A stretch of DNA of 64,000 nucleotides. Source: a virus. This document shows, in pieces, positions 37,986 to 46,873 of the stretch. Position 1 is the first letter of the stretch, and the number at the start of each line of letters is the position of its first letter. The position numbers and the translations under genes are program-made. The stretch covers positions 32,001 to 96,000 of the IMG/VR virus record IMGVR_UViG_3300005563_000029, one strand, 5' to 3'. The notes under the pieces are model-generated. The model saw nothing but the letters and a program-made list of their open reading frames with translations, was not told the DNA's origin and ran no database searches.

Positions 37986-38262
37986 GAACCGGCCGTTCGC
38001 CGGGTACCGCAACGGCGAAGACCCGTGGACCGCGCACTGGCGCTGGTCCGCGGTCGGCGCCGGCATTCTGGTCGGCAACCTCGACCAGATGCACGGCAAC
38101 GAGCTGGACGGCGGCGGACTGCCAACCGGCAACTGCAAGTGCGGACTACCGGCGCCGTGCCCGACCGCGCAGGCGATCGGCGCCTACCGCGCGAAGCAGT
38201 CCAAGCCGTGCACGTGCTGGCGACAGTCGGGCGGCGAGTGTCCGGATCAGGAGGTGTCGTGA
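37972..38262 (+). CDS. Hypothetical Cys-rich protein
   Basis: CKCGLPAPCPT. Confidence 0.55.
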   Translation: MATVENRPFAGYRNGEDPWTAHWRWSAVGAGILVGNLDQMHGNELDGGGLPTGNCKCGLPAPCPTAQAIGAYRAKQSKPCTCWRQSGGECPDQEVS

Positions 38263-38624
38263 CCGACGTTGAGCGCTTCCAGGCCTCCCGCGTCTACCTG
38301 GCGCAGGTCTACGCCGACACCGCGGCGAAGCTGGCGCAAGCAGCGAGCGACAACCCGGCGGCAAACCTGTGGCTCAAGATGTCCGCCTGCTCAACGGCAT
38401 GGAACGCGCTGGTCGAGATCGACTACATGTGGCGGGCGTCGGTGGTAGCCGGGGATCCGATCGACGACTACTACCGCGAGGGTGCGGAGGCGGGAAACAT
38501 CCTGACCGTGGAACCTGACGGTCGCTACTTTTCGGACGGGACGTGCTGTCTCTGTGGCGCAGAACGCGGCGGGAACCACAAGTTCATGTGCGGGAACGGC
38601 GAAGCCGATAAGGAACGCGCATGA
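38259..38624 (+). CDS. Hypothetical protein
   Basis: RBS GGAGG; GTGA overlap. Confidence 0.6.
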   Translation: MTDVERFQASRVYLAQVYADTAAKLAQAASDNPAANLWLKMSACSTAWNALVEIDYMWRASVVAGDPIDDYYREGAEAGNILTVEPDGRYFSDGTCCLCGAERGGNHKFMCGNGEADKERA

Positions 38625-39133
38625 TGCCGACCAGCGTTTGCCCATGCCCGCTGGCCGATTGCGACTGGGAACTGGTCGTACCGCCGCCAGACGAGTGGCA
38701 GACGATAGATCCGCACCTGACGCCGGGTGAGGTCGACGAGCAGTTCGGCGGGGACCCGATAGCGGCAGTGGCGTTCGCGACGCTGATGGTGCAGACCAAC
38801 CGCACCGAACACCAGCTGCGGGAACACTTCGAATCCCACGGCATCGAGACGTGGGTGCAGGAGGTCGTGCGGCTGTCCGAAGACTTGCGGCGCCTGAACG
38901 CCGGCGGTCCGGGCCCGTCGTGGATCCGCCCGTCGGACGAGCGCATTGAGAACGCGGTGAAAATGGTGACTGACCTGGTGCGCGCGGTCCGGACGATGAA
39001 AGACCTGACCGATGAGGAAGCCGACGCGTGGCAGCCGTCGAAGTTCACCCGGCGGCAGTGGGAGAGGTTCGCGGACACGGTCCTGCGCGCCGATGCGAAG
39101 TGGCGGGCGGCGCATCCCGAGGAGCCTGCGTGA
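38621..39133 (+). CDS. Hypothetical protein sharing C-terminal domain with 45030-45452
   Basis: RPSDERIE...WQPS...VLRADAKWRAAHPE. Confidence 0.7.
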   Translation: MMPTSVCPCPLADCDWELVVPPPDEWQTIDPHLTPGEVDEQFGGDPIAAVAFATLMVQTNRTEHQLREHFESHGIETWVQEVVRLSEDLRRLNAGGPGPSWIRPSDERIENAVKMVTDLVRAVRTMKDLTDEEADAWQPSKFTRRQWERFADTVLRADAKWRAAHPEEPA

Positions 39134-39537
39134 ACGGCGCGTCTGAGGCGAAGCTGAACTTCTGCGGCGGCATCGGCTTCGACAACCCGGACTGGCCCGG
39201 CCCGTGGGGCTGCGGCACCGTCATGCAGGAGGCAGTTGACGGCATCGTGACGACCCACCTGTGCGCGCTGAGTTGCGACCATACTCACTACCGGGACGAG
39301 CCGCACGTGTGCACGTCCGGGCACGAATGGCCCGTGTGGACGCCGCCGAGGCGTTGGTGGGAGTGGTTGTTGCGCCGACCCTTAAAGGAGCTTCCACGAC
39401 GCCGTGGGCCGTTCGGGTCGTTCTGGGACGACCTGAACTGGCACATGGAGAACCCGAAGTTCCGGCGTGCATACGAGGAACACGCGCGGCGGATTCAAGA
39501 GGCTGGCAACCAGGGGGCGACCGGCGTTGGCTCCTAG
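39130..39537 (+). CDS. Hypothetical protein
   Basis: GTGA overlap; Cys/His-rich. Confidence 0.55.
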   Translation: MNGASEAKLNFCGGIGFDNPDWPGPWGCGTVMQEAVDGIVTTHLCALSCDHTHYRDEPHVCTSGHEWPVWTPPRRWWEWLLRRPLKELPRRRGPFGSFWDDLNWHMENPKFRRAYEEHARRIQEAGNQGATGVGS

Positions 39538-39740
39538 CGGGCGATTGCCACATAGGCTGCGCGACAGTCGGGACAGACCGGGCCCGCGGTGTTGAGCCGG
39601 TCAATGTCTTCGAACGCAGGGTTCTCCAGGACCACATCTCCACACAGTGGCTCATCGTTGTCGACGGCCACGATGTGCCACATCCCAGGCGGCAGGGCCG
39701 TGAACCGACTGTGGGCCAGGCGGTAGGTGCTTGTGCTCAT
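39534..39740 (-). CDS. Small Zn-finger protein
   Basis: WHIV...PLCG...VCPDC. Confidence 0.55.
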   Translation of the reverse strand: MSTSTYRLAHSRFTALPPGMWHIVAVDNDEPLCGDVVLENPAFEDIDRLNTAGPVCPDCRAAYVAIAR

Positions 39741-39866
39741 GCCTTCAGGGTGAGCATGCGAAGCCGTCTCCGGCACCGCCGTTTGGGCGACTGCAACGTG
39801 CCATGCCCGGCGACCGCTACGGTGTGACCGTCGCGCGGGGGTTCGGGCTTTCGAGGGGGTCTTGTC

Positions 39867-40271
39867 GTGCGCCGCATCGTTCTGGTTTGCGCAGCCGCTG
39901 TCGCTGCCGCGTTCTACATCGGATGGGCGTCTGGTGCTGCGGTGGAGAGCGCACGCGCTACGTCGTTCGGCAAGACCGACGTTGACTATCAAGCCGCTGC
40001 GGCATTGATGGCGCTGTTTGACCACGCCGACTTCTCTTCGGTTGACAGCTACACCAACGAACTGAGATGGGTGGCGCCGAAGTGCAATGAGAACGTGGCC
40101 GCACTGGCTACCCTGTTCGAGCAGGAAGCAGCGAGCCAGAGCGCCGCACGCGGCTACAGCATCACCGCCTACCAGATGCTCAACGCTTACAACACGATGA
40201 CCGCGAAACGAGTCGACGCCGGCAACTGCACTCTGGAGGTACAGCAGTTCGCGCCGGTACTTGCTCGCTGA
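39867..40271 (+). CDS. Secreted/membrane hypothetical protein
   Basis: N-terminal signal peptide. Confidence 0.65.
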   Translation: MRRIVLVCAAAVAAAFYIGWASGAAVESARATSFGKTDVDYQAAAALMALFDHADFSSVDSYTNELRWVAPKCNENVAALATLFEQEAASQSAARGYSITAYQMLNAYNTMTAKRVDAGNCTLEVQQFAPVLAR

Positions 40272-40277
40272 CGCAGG

Positions 40278-40517
40278 TTAGGTGGCGATGGGAACTCCAA
40301 GCGCTGCCGCAACGAACCGAACCTCTCGGCACGGAAGCTCCTCACCGCAACCAAGGCAGGTCGCGTTGCCCGCCGGATGGCAGCCGAGAACCGCGGTGAT
40401 CGCCGATCGCATGGCGTCGATGTCCGGCTGGGAGTAGCCCTCACAGCAGCCAAAGCGGGCCATCTTCGCGTGGATCCTAGTGACTAGTTCGTGATGGCGA
40501 GTTGCGGCATCAGTCAT
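40278..40517 (-). CDS. Hypothetical Zn-binding protein
   Basis: AVLGCHP...CLGCGEELPC. Confidence 0.55.
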   Translation of the reverse strand: MTDAATRHHELVTRIHAKMARFGCCEGYSQPDIDAMRSAITAVLGCHPAGNATCLGCGEELPCREVRFVAAALGVPIAT

Positions 40518-40733
40518 GGTCGGCGGCCTTCCGCGGGCGCCGGAACGTGGCCCGTTCGCCGGATTCCAGCGCCTTCCGCAGCGCCTCGATCGTTTCGAGG
40601 GGCAGCGGTGCGTTGACCTTCTCTGCGTAGCTGGGGCCGTCGTCTTCGTCTTCGTCGGGCAGTTCATGAGAATCACTCATCTTCACACGCCAAGTGTGCA
40701 CCCGACCTGCGATCATTGGCGTACCCTCACCAC

Positions 40734-41018
40734 ATGAGCTGGAACGACGTGGTCGGCAGCGTCACGATCACCATTTACTCGGCGAAGGCGCAGACCCGCT
40801 ACCGCCTGATCGATCAGCGCGGCGTGGACCTGGCTGCGGCCACCACGAAGGTTCGGGTCGAGGTGGACCCATATCGGGGCACGCTGGCGTACCTGATGAT
40901 GGTGGTGAACCCTGCGGTGGGCGCGGTGGTGAACGGCGGCGTCAAAGGCGTGGAGTCCGAGTTTTGCTACACGGTGCGGTCCATCCAGACTGACCACTCC
41001 GAGATGGCGGCGGCCTGA
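40734..41018 (+). CDS. Hypothetical protein
   Basis: Coupled to next gene. Confidence 0.55.
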   Translation: MSWNDVVGSVTITIYSAKAQTRYRLIDQRGVDLAAATTKVRVEVDPYRGTLAYLMMVVNPAVGAVVNGGVKGVESEFCYTVRSIQTDHSEMAAA

Positions 41019-41326
41019 TGTACCGGATCAGCGTCCATTGCGAAGCAGGCGGCGTCCTCGGCTTCTGCGGCGAAGCGGGCTGGACCGCCGACACGCTGAA
41101 CGGGGAGATCCCACCGGAGTTCCTTGACGATCTGGCAAGGCGCGGCTGGGCCGAGCACGATGGCAAGTACTACTGCCGCAGGCACGATCCGGCCAAGCAG
41201 GGTGTGAGAGTCGCTGTCGGGCTGGAGTACGTCGAGATTGCGCCGGGTGTCCGCGCACGCTGGCCCGGCGCCATCGCGGAGGGCGACTTGTTCCCGATCG
41301 AGGTGCAGGTTGACGAGCCGCGCTGA
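41018..41326 (+). CDS. Hypothetical Zn-binding protein
   Basis: RGW...YYCRRH. Confidence 0.6.
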   Translation: MYRISVHCEAGGVLGFCGEAGWTADTLNGEIPPEFLDDLARRGWAEHDGKYYCRRHDPAKQGVRVAVGLEYVEIAPGVRARWPGAIAEGDLFPIEVQVDEPR

Positions 41327-41521
41327 CGCGGCGTGGTACACCCTCGTTGTTGACGACCTGCGCCGCATCGTCATCGAGCATAATTTCCCGGCCTGTGCAT
41401 GGTTGGTCCACGGCAAGGACATCGACCCTGCTGACTTCGCGACGTCGCTGGCCGGCTTCATCAGGCAGTGCATCGAACACGACGCGGCGTGCTTTGCGAG
41501 CCAGCGAATGACGCCCGTGGC

Positions 41522-41821
41522 ATGATCGGCGGCGTGACCGACTCTCCCGCCTTCGCCGACCTGGTTGACCTGAAGCGCCAATTCATCGCGCTCACCGAGC
41601 AGCAGAAGATCCTTGCTGACGCCATGCCGGCGCCGACCGCGATTGTCGCCGGCGAAGCCGCACCCACCGACGAACAGGTCGCCGAGTGGGACCGCGTCAG
41701 GGCCGAGCTCAGCTATCTGGCTGTGCGGATCGACAACCACGAGGCGTTCGACAACACGTCGCAGATTGAGCACTACCAGCTGGCCACAGAAGCATCGAAA
41801 GCGGCGCGCAGCAACGCATAG
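41522..41821 (+). CDS. Hypothetical protein
   Basis: Helical; DLVDLKRQF. Confidence 0.6.
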   Translation: MIGGVTDSPAFADLVDLKRQFIALTEQQKILADAMPAPTAIVAGEAAPTDEQVAEWDRVRAELSYLAVRIDNHEAFDNTSQIEHYQLATEASKAARSNA

Positions 41822-42090
41822 CAGTCGGCCGTTCAGGTGCCGTACCCGCTGGCCTGGCGTGCTGTCTACGCGCCAGAGGTGGACGCTGAAGGCATGGACC
41901 ACGGGTATCAGAGGCTCGACACCGACCGGTACCGCCTTCACATCCTCATGCACGACGGCGGGGCAACGCAGTGCGGAGGGTTCAGCGGCGACCAGCTGAA
42001 GCCGGCCATTGAGCCAGCTGGATCGCCCAGCGTAGACGTTTGCCTCATGTGCGCCATACGTGAGGCGGATGATGTGTACAAGAACGGCGG

Positions 42091-42453
42091 TCAGGCAGAG
42101 TAGCCGGGCGGTACCGGGTCGACGGGCAGGATCAGCGCCGGGTTAAAGACTGCCCACGTGGACTGCTGCCACCCGTCGTGCATGCCCGCGCCGGCGTGGT
42201 CGATGTGGGCCACCCATCGGCCGTCTGTGAGGTGGATCCAGGCGCGCAGGACACCCACGTGCCAGGTGCCGCCGGTACGGAAGTGCACCGGCCGCCATGT
42301 GGTGATCCACCGGGTGATGTCGCCGTCGGCGGGTGCGCGGGGGAGAGTTTCGAGGTCGGGCGGCTCGGTGGACACCCACCCAAAATATCGAACGCACGTT
42401 TCCATGCGGTCTAGAGGTGGTGCGTAATCGGCCTTGATCTGCCTATAGTCCAT
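42091..42453 (-). CDS. Hypothetical protein divergent from Ku (start uncertain)
   Basis: W-rich: GTWHVGVLRAW..DGRWVAHI. Confidence 0.55.
   Translation of the reverse strand: MDYRQIKADYAPPLDRMETCVRYFGWVSTEPPDLETLPRAPADGDITRWITTWRPVHFRTGGTWHVGVLRAWIHLTDGRWVAHIDHAGAGMHDGWQQSTWAVFNPALILPVDPVPPGYSA
42388..42403. promoter_or_regulatory. Possible LexA (SOS) box
   Basis: TCGAAC-GCAC-GTTTCC versus actinobacterial TCGAAC-N4-GTTCGA; upstream of Ku. Confidence 0.45.
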
Positions 42454-42477
42454 CCATAGGTGGATATAGGAGGCGGC

Positions 42478-43317
42478 ATGCCCAGTGCAGTCTGGTCCGG
42501 AGCGATCTCATTCTCGCTCGTAAGCGTGCCCGTGCAGCTATACAGCGTTGCGGAGTCCGTCGGGCCCGAACTTCACCAATACCACGCCGAAGATGGCGGC
42601 CGGATCCGCTACAAGCGCATCTGCGAAATCGACCAGACCGACGTGCGCCTCGAAGACATCGCCCGCGGCTACCCCGTCGGCGACGACACGATCGTCATCA
42701 CCGACCGGGACCTGGACGAGCTGCCCGACGTCATCAAGAAAACGATCACCATCGAAGCGTTCGTCCGGGAAGACCAGATCGACCCCATCCAGTACCGCAA
42801 GGCCTACTTCATCTCGCCCGAGAAGGCCGGGATCCGGCCCTACGTACTCATGCGCGACGCCCTGGCCAAGGCAGGCCGTGCAGCGGTCACCCGGTTCGCC
42901 ATGCGCGAACGCGAAAGTCTCGCACTGGTCAGGGCAGACGGTGACCTGCTGGTTCTGGAGACGATGTTTTGGCCAGACGAGGTGAGGGCGAATCCGGTCG
43001 AGGCGCCGGCGCCGGTCGAGGACGCCGCTGAGTTGAAGGCGATGACCGACCTGATCGCCGCAATGTCTGACGACTTCAAGCCCGAGCAGTACCGCAACGA
43101 GTATGCGAAGGCGTTGCAGGAGGTCATCGACGCCAAGGCGGAAGGTCGCGAGGTGAAACGGCCGCCCGCGCCGGCGCCGGAGGTGGCCGGGAAGGTCGGG
43201 GATCTGCTGTCGGCGCTGCGGGAGTCGGTCGACCGGGCCAAGCAGACCCGCGCGGACGAGCACAAGCCGGCGTCGAAGAAACGCGCAGCGAAGAAGAGGG
43301 CATCGAAGGCTGCCTGA
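42478..43317 (+). CDS. ku: Ku DNA end-binding protein
   Basis: WSGAISFSLVSVPVQLYS...GGRIRYKRIC...FVREDQIDPI...LETMFWPDEVR; basic tail. Confidence 0.95.
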   Translation: MPSAVWSGAISFSLVSVPVQLYSVAESVGPELHQYHAEDGGRIRYKRICEIDQTDVRLEDIARGYPVGDDTIVITDRDLDELPDVIKKTITIEAFVREDQIDPIQYRKAYFISPEKAGIRPYVLMRDALAKAGRAAVTRFAMRERESLALVRADGDLLVLETMFWPDEVRANPVEAPAPVEDAAELKAMTDLIAAMSDDFKPEQYRNEYAKALQEVIDAKAEGREVKRPPAPAPEVAGKVGDLLSALRESVDRAKQTRADEHKPASKKRAAKKRASKAA

Positions 43318-43377
43318 CCTGCCAGTTCAATCGGTTTCCGGTTGACAGCGACGGTTGCGCGGGCAAGAGTATCGCTC

Positions 43378-44157
43378 GTGGGACTAGCTCAAAGGTTCGA
43401 ATCCGGCGATGCGCCTGACCGGGCCGCCGCACTCGAAACACTCCGCACCCACCTGCACGACACCGGCACCACCCCCGAGGAACGGCACCGCGGACCCGCA
43501 GACGGCGGCGCGATACCCGTCCTCGAACCGCTCCGGCCACTCATCCCCGGCGGCGTACTACAGCGCGGCACCATCGTCTCCGTCGGCTCCGCAACACACC
43601 CGCAAACACTCAGCCACCTGGAGTTGGCGCTCATCGCAGGCGCCACGGCAGGCGGGGCGTGGGCCGGCGTGATCGGGTGCCCCGGCTTCGGGATACGTGC
43701 CGCGTCGGACCTTGGTGCGGACCTGTCGCGGGTTCTGCTGCTGGACGAGCCGGGCGATCAGTGGCCCAGGGCGCTGGCTGTGATGGCGGGTGCGGTTGAT
43801 GTGGTGCTGCTGCGACCGCCGCGCCAGCCGACAGCGACGCAGCTGCGGCAGGTGGCCTCCCGGGTCCGTGCCACTGAGCGGCAGCGCGGCGCGGTGCTGG
43901 TGACGGTCGGGCCGTGGGACGGGGCGCACCTGCGGCTGCGGACGCGCGGAGCCGACTGGGGCGGGCTGGGCGACGGCACCGGGCATCTGACCGGGCGGCG
44001 GGTCACCGTGAGCGCGGAAGGGCGCGGGATCGGTGGGGAACGCAGCGCGGAGTTGTGGCTGCCTGCGGCGGACGGGGCGGTGCGTGAGTACGTGCCCGTC
44101 GACAGTGAGCTAACGGCGCCGGTCGAGCCGCGACGGCCGCAACTGCGAGCCGTTTAG
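43378..44157 (+). CDS. ImuA'-like RecA-fold protein (start uncertain)
   Basis: PVLEPLRPLIPGGVLQRGT...GAWAGVIGCPGFG..AASDLGADLSR...RRVTVSAEGRG. Confidence 0.8.
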   Translation: MGLAQRFESGDAPDRAAALETLRTHLHDTGTTPEERHRGPADGGAIPVLEPLRPLIPGGVLQRGTIVSVGSATHPQTLSHLELALIAGATAGGAWAGVIGCPGFGIRAASDLGADLSRVLLLDEPGDQWPRALAVMAGAVDVVLLRPPRQPTATQLRQVASRVRATERQRGAVLVTVGPWDGAHLRLRTRGADWGGLGDGTGHLTGRRVTVSAEGRGIGGERSAELWLPAADGAVREYVPVDSELTAPVEPRRPQLRAV

Positions 44158-44158
44158 G

Positions 44159-44276
44159 TGGAGGTTAGGACGGCGGACTCGAACCGCCATCTTCCGGTCG
44201 TCTCACCAAAGAGATCATTTCGCCAGTGCCATGGATGGCGGGTGACCGGCTGTCTTGCCCGTTAGACGATTAGCCC
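44159..44276 (-). ncRNA. tRNA-like RNA with greatly expanded anticodon arm
   Basis: D arm GTCT-AACGGGCA-AGAC; T arm GGCGG-TTCGAGT-CCGCC; 3' CCA; ~45-nt insert closed by CCGGTC/GACCGG; poor acceptor stem. Confidence 0.6.
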
Positions 44277-44444
44277 ACGACAAGGCCATGCTAGCCGGTC
44301 GGCGCCCCTACGGCGCAGCGAGCCGTGCAGAGGATGAGACAATAGCCTTACCGTCCCCGGCACCCGGCAGGGGCGCCTCCAAACGCTCAGGGGACGGCAA
44401 TGCGCTTCCGAACCATACGGGAGCGCCCCCACGAGGAGAGACCC

Positions 44445-44633
44445 GTGCACGCCGCGCCGTCCATCTCCAGCATCGTTGTAGCGCTGACAATCAGACCGCC
44501 CGAGAAACTACCAGCTGGCATCCACGCCGACGACGTCCTGGAGGACCTCCGCGAGATCGTGGAGGAGTCCGTAGAGCACTGGTGGGAGCACCTCGGGTAC
44601 GAGTACTGCGAGACGCTGCCAGACGTTGCCTGA
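44445..44633 (+). CDS. Hypothetical protein
   Basis: RBS GAGGAG before GTG. Confidence 0.5.
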   Translation: MHAAPSISSIVVALTIRPPEKLPAGIHADDVLEDLREIVEESVEHWWEHLGYEYCETLPDVA

Positions 44634-44925
44634 GCAGGCGTATCCTCAGGTTTGGGTTATTCGGCGCCGCCCGGATGACGGCGCACCGCCCCGGCCGGTC
44701 CGGAAGGTCACCCGGCCGGGGCATCCCAAAGGACTCCCAACAGGAACGTCACACAAGGGAAGGGATGGATCAGGCCCCGCCCGCGGCGGCTTGTCCTGGC
44801 CGGTTCTGGCAACCGCAAGCCAGCCCTGACGTTCCGCCCCACGATGAGGCCCCGGGTGCGCGCCGCGGATGGCGCCCGGGGCCGACCCCTTTCCCGGCGG
44901 CGTTAAAACGATCTGGGCCACCTGC
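44634..44925 (-). ncRNA. Candidate ~290-nt structured RNA
   Basis: End-to-end helix GCAGGTG/CGCCTGC; GGAACGTCA/TGACGTTCC; several GC hairpins; no credible ORF. Confidence 0.45.
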
Positions 44926-45029
44926 GGACACTAATGAGTAGCGGGTGCTCCTCGTGGCGGGTCCGCCGCCTGCTCTGGCCGGGACTTCCGGCGGCGGACC
45001 CAACCCCTTACATCCGGCACCATAGGTTC

Positions 45030-45452
45030 ATGGACCGTACAGACGTCGTCTTTGCCAGAATCGGCTGCGCCGGGACCGTGCACATCGGAACGCAGGAATA
45101 CAGGAACGACCAAGAACTGTACGACCTGCTCTCGGCCGCATTCGGAGACCTGCTGGCCGGCTGGGAACAAGGCGACTCGCTATACCTCGGAGTCGCGATC
45201 GGCATGACCCGCATCGACATGCCAGAACGCCCGAAGCAGCGTCTGCGGCCATCCGAGGAACGTATCGAAGCCGGCGTTGAAGGGCTGATCGAGATGGTGC
45301 AGGTCGCGAAGTCGTTGCACGAGCCGTTCAGCGAGACCGACAACGACTGGCAACCCAGCAGGCAGGCACGCCAGCGGCTGGAAACGCTGGTCGAGCACGT
45401 GCTGCGGCGCGATGCTAAGTGGCGGGACGAACATCCCGAGGCGGAATGGTAG
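45030..45452 (+). CDS. Hypothetical protein
   Basis: Shares C-terminal domain with 38621-39133. Confidence 0.65.
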   Translation: MDRTDVVFARIGCAGTVHIGTQEYRNDQELYDLLSAAFGDLLAGWEQGDSLYLGVAIGMTRIDMPERPKQRLRPSEERIEAGVEGLIEMVQVAKSLHEPFSETDNDWQPSRQARQRLETLVEHVLRRDAKWRDEHPEAEW

Positions 45453-45458
45453 GAGACG

Positions 45459-45492
45459 AAAAGCCCCGCCACTTGGCGAACCGAGGGCGGGG
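45459..45492. terminator. Terminator-like hairpin
   Basis: AAAAGCCCCGCC...GGCGGGG. Confidence 0.55.
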
Positions 45493-45698
45493 AACAATCG
45501 TCCGCCGCTATGCCAGGCGTCCTGGGTGCCGTCGTTTCCGGCGGCAGAGGCGGAGCAGGACCAGCGTACTCTTGGTGTCGGCCTGAGGCGCGCAAGCGGT
45601 CGCGACGGCATGCATACCAGACCGGCGAAGCTGCCCGACACCCCCGCGAAAGCCTTTGAAGCCTGCGCAGGTGGCGACGGTAACGGGAAGGACGGGCG

Positions 45699-46199
45699 AT
45701 GGACCTCAGGCTGGAAGATCTGCGGATAGACGTGTTCAGCAACTCAGCAGCTGCGCACACGCGCGTCACCCACCTCCCTACCGGTGTTGAGACTGTTGGT
45801 CACGATCCGGATCACCCAGCAAGCCACCTTGCCGCGAGGCGGATGGCCATGGATGACCTGCGAGATGCGCTGGAACGACGCAAATACCAGATCCCCGCCC
45901 ACCTCGTGTTCGTCGGCGCCGGCTGGCATTCGATCCTGAACCGGCTGCACGAGCAGGTCGTCGCGCTGGTGCCCGAATACCGCGTGTCACAGGTGAAGGA
46001 GAAGCACGGCGAGCTGCGCGTGTACCTCAGCCTCGACCCGCACCTTGACGGCCACATCACTGCGGCAGTGAACACGCGGGTGCATGAGCTGTTGGACGCG
46101 GCCGAGAACGAGTCGCGGCGGACGTGCGAGGAGTGCGGGAATCCAGGCGGCCCGGTCGGCGCCGGATGGGTTAAGGCGCCCTGCTCAACCTGCGCCTAA
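45699..46199 (+). CDS. Release-factor (RF-1 domain)-like protein lacking GGQ, fused to phage Zn-finger domain
   Basis: EDLRIDVF...TRVTHLPTGV...SHLAARRMAMDDL; then GAGW...QVKEKHGELRVY...ESRRTCEECGNPG. Confidence 0.7.
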   Translation: MDLRLEDLRIDVFSNSAAAHTRVTHLPTGVETVGHDPDHPASHLAARRMAMDDLRDALERRKYQIPAHLVFVGAGWHSILNRLHEQVVALVPEYRVSQVKEKHGELRVYLSLDPHLDGHITAAVNTRVHELLDAAENESRRTCEECGNPGGPVGAGWVKAPCSTCA

Positions 46200-46408
46200 T
46201 CGTCGCTGACGACCGGTTCGGCTGCGGCTATGCCCTTCGCCATGTGAAACGCGGTGACGACGCGTTCGGCGGCGTCCTTGATGCCGGGCTCAGGCGGGCA
46301 CTCGATCAGCCTGACGCCCGACTTGTCGAAGGCTTTGGCGAGCACGTCCTACTGGTATTCGTTGGCGATGTGAATCAGGCGCCCGCCGGGCGGGAACGGT
46401 TCGGTCAC
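46196..46408 (-). pseudogene. Small gene interrupted by in-frame TAG at 46349-46351
   Basis: MTEPFPPGGRLIHIANEYQ*DVLAKAFDKSGVRLIECPPEPGIKDAAERVVTAF with high-GC3 codons on both sides. Confidence 0.5.
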
Positions 46409-46577
46409 TGCTGACCACCTTCGACCCACAGGAGAATGTCGGCGTACTTTGGTTGCTCGGCGACCGCCCTGATCTCGGCGGCGAGTTCGTTCAGGAGCTG
46501 GCGGTCTGTCTCGTCGCGTTCGCTGTTGTGATCGGACAGGGTCACGACCACACGGATCTCCTCTTGCTGGCGGCTCA

Positions 46578-46865
46578 TCAGTCCTCCTCGGTGGTTTTCG
46601 GCTTCGGCTTGCCGCCGGTGCGGCCTTCGCTGATCTGTTGAACGCGGTTGCGGTCGAGCCCAAGAAGCTTGCCGATCTCAGCCAAGCTCTTGCCGTCACT
46701 ACGGAGTTCCTGAACTGCACCTTGGCGAATGCGTCGGGCTTCGGGCATGGCCTTGGTGCGGATCTCTTCCAAAAAACCGGCTGCCCGTTTGGCGCGTTCA
46801 ACGGGGTCGGGGATCGCAGCAACGTCCGCGAGAGCTTCATTCATCTTGTCCTCCGGTGTAATCAC
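46578..46865 (-). CDS. HTH (sigma-70 region 4-like) regulator
   Basis: GKSLAEIGKLLGLDRNRVQQI. Confidence 0.85.
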   Translation of the reverse strand: MITPEDKMNEALADVAAIPDPVERAKRAAGFLEEIRTKAMPEARRIRQGAVQELRSDGKSLAEIGKLLGLDRNRVQQISEGRTGGKPKPKTTEED

Positions 46866-46873
46866 GGAACCAG

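Noticed and set aside
41522-42103. TAG at 41819 followed by an in-frame ORF at 41837
   Set aside because: The first protein looks complete and the second has its own RBS and ATG (MDHGYQ), so read-through need not be invoked.
43380-43405. GGGACTAGCTCAAAGGTTCGAATCC resembles fused tRNA D-arm and T-loop fragments or a LexA half-site
   Set aside because: No stems form around it and it lies in the probable ImuA'-like coding start; only one LexA half-site matches.
45495-45690. Hairpin-rich intergenic stretch, possible ribozyme or sRNA
   Set aside because: No recognisable catalytic core (e.g. hammerhead CUGANGA/GAAA); pairing is explainable by GC content.
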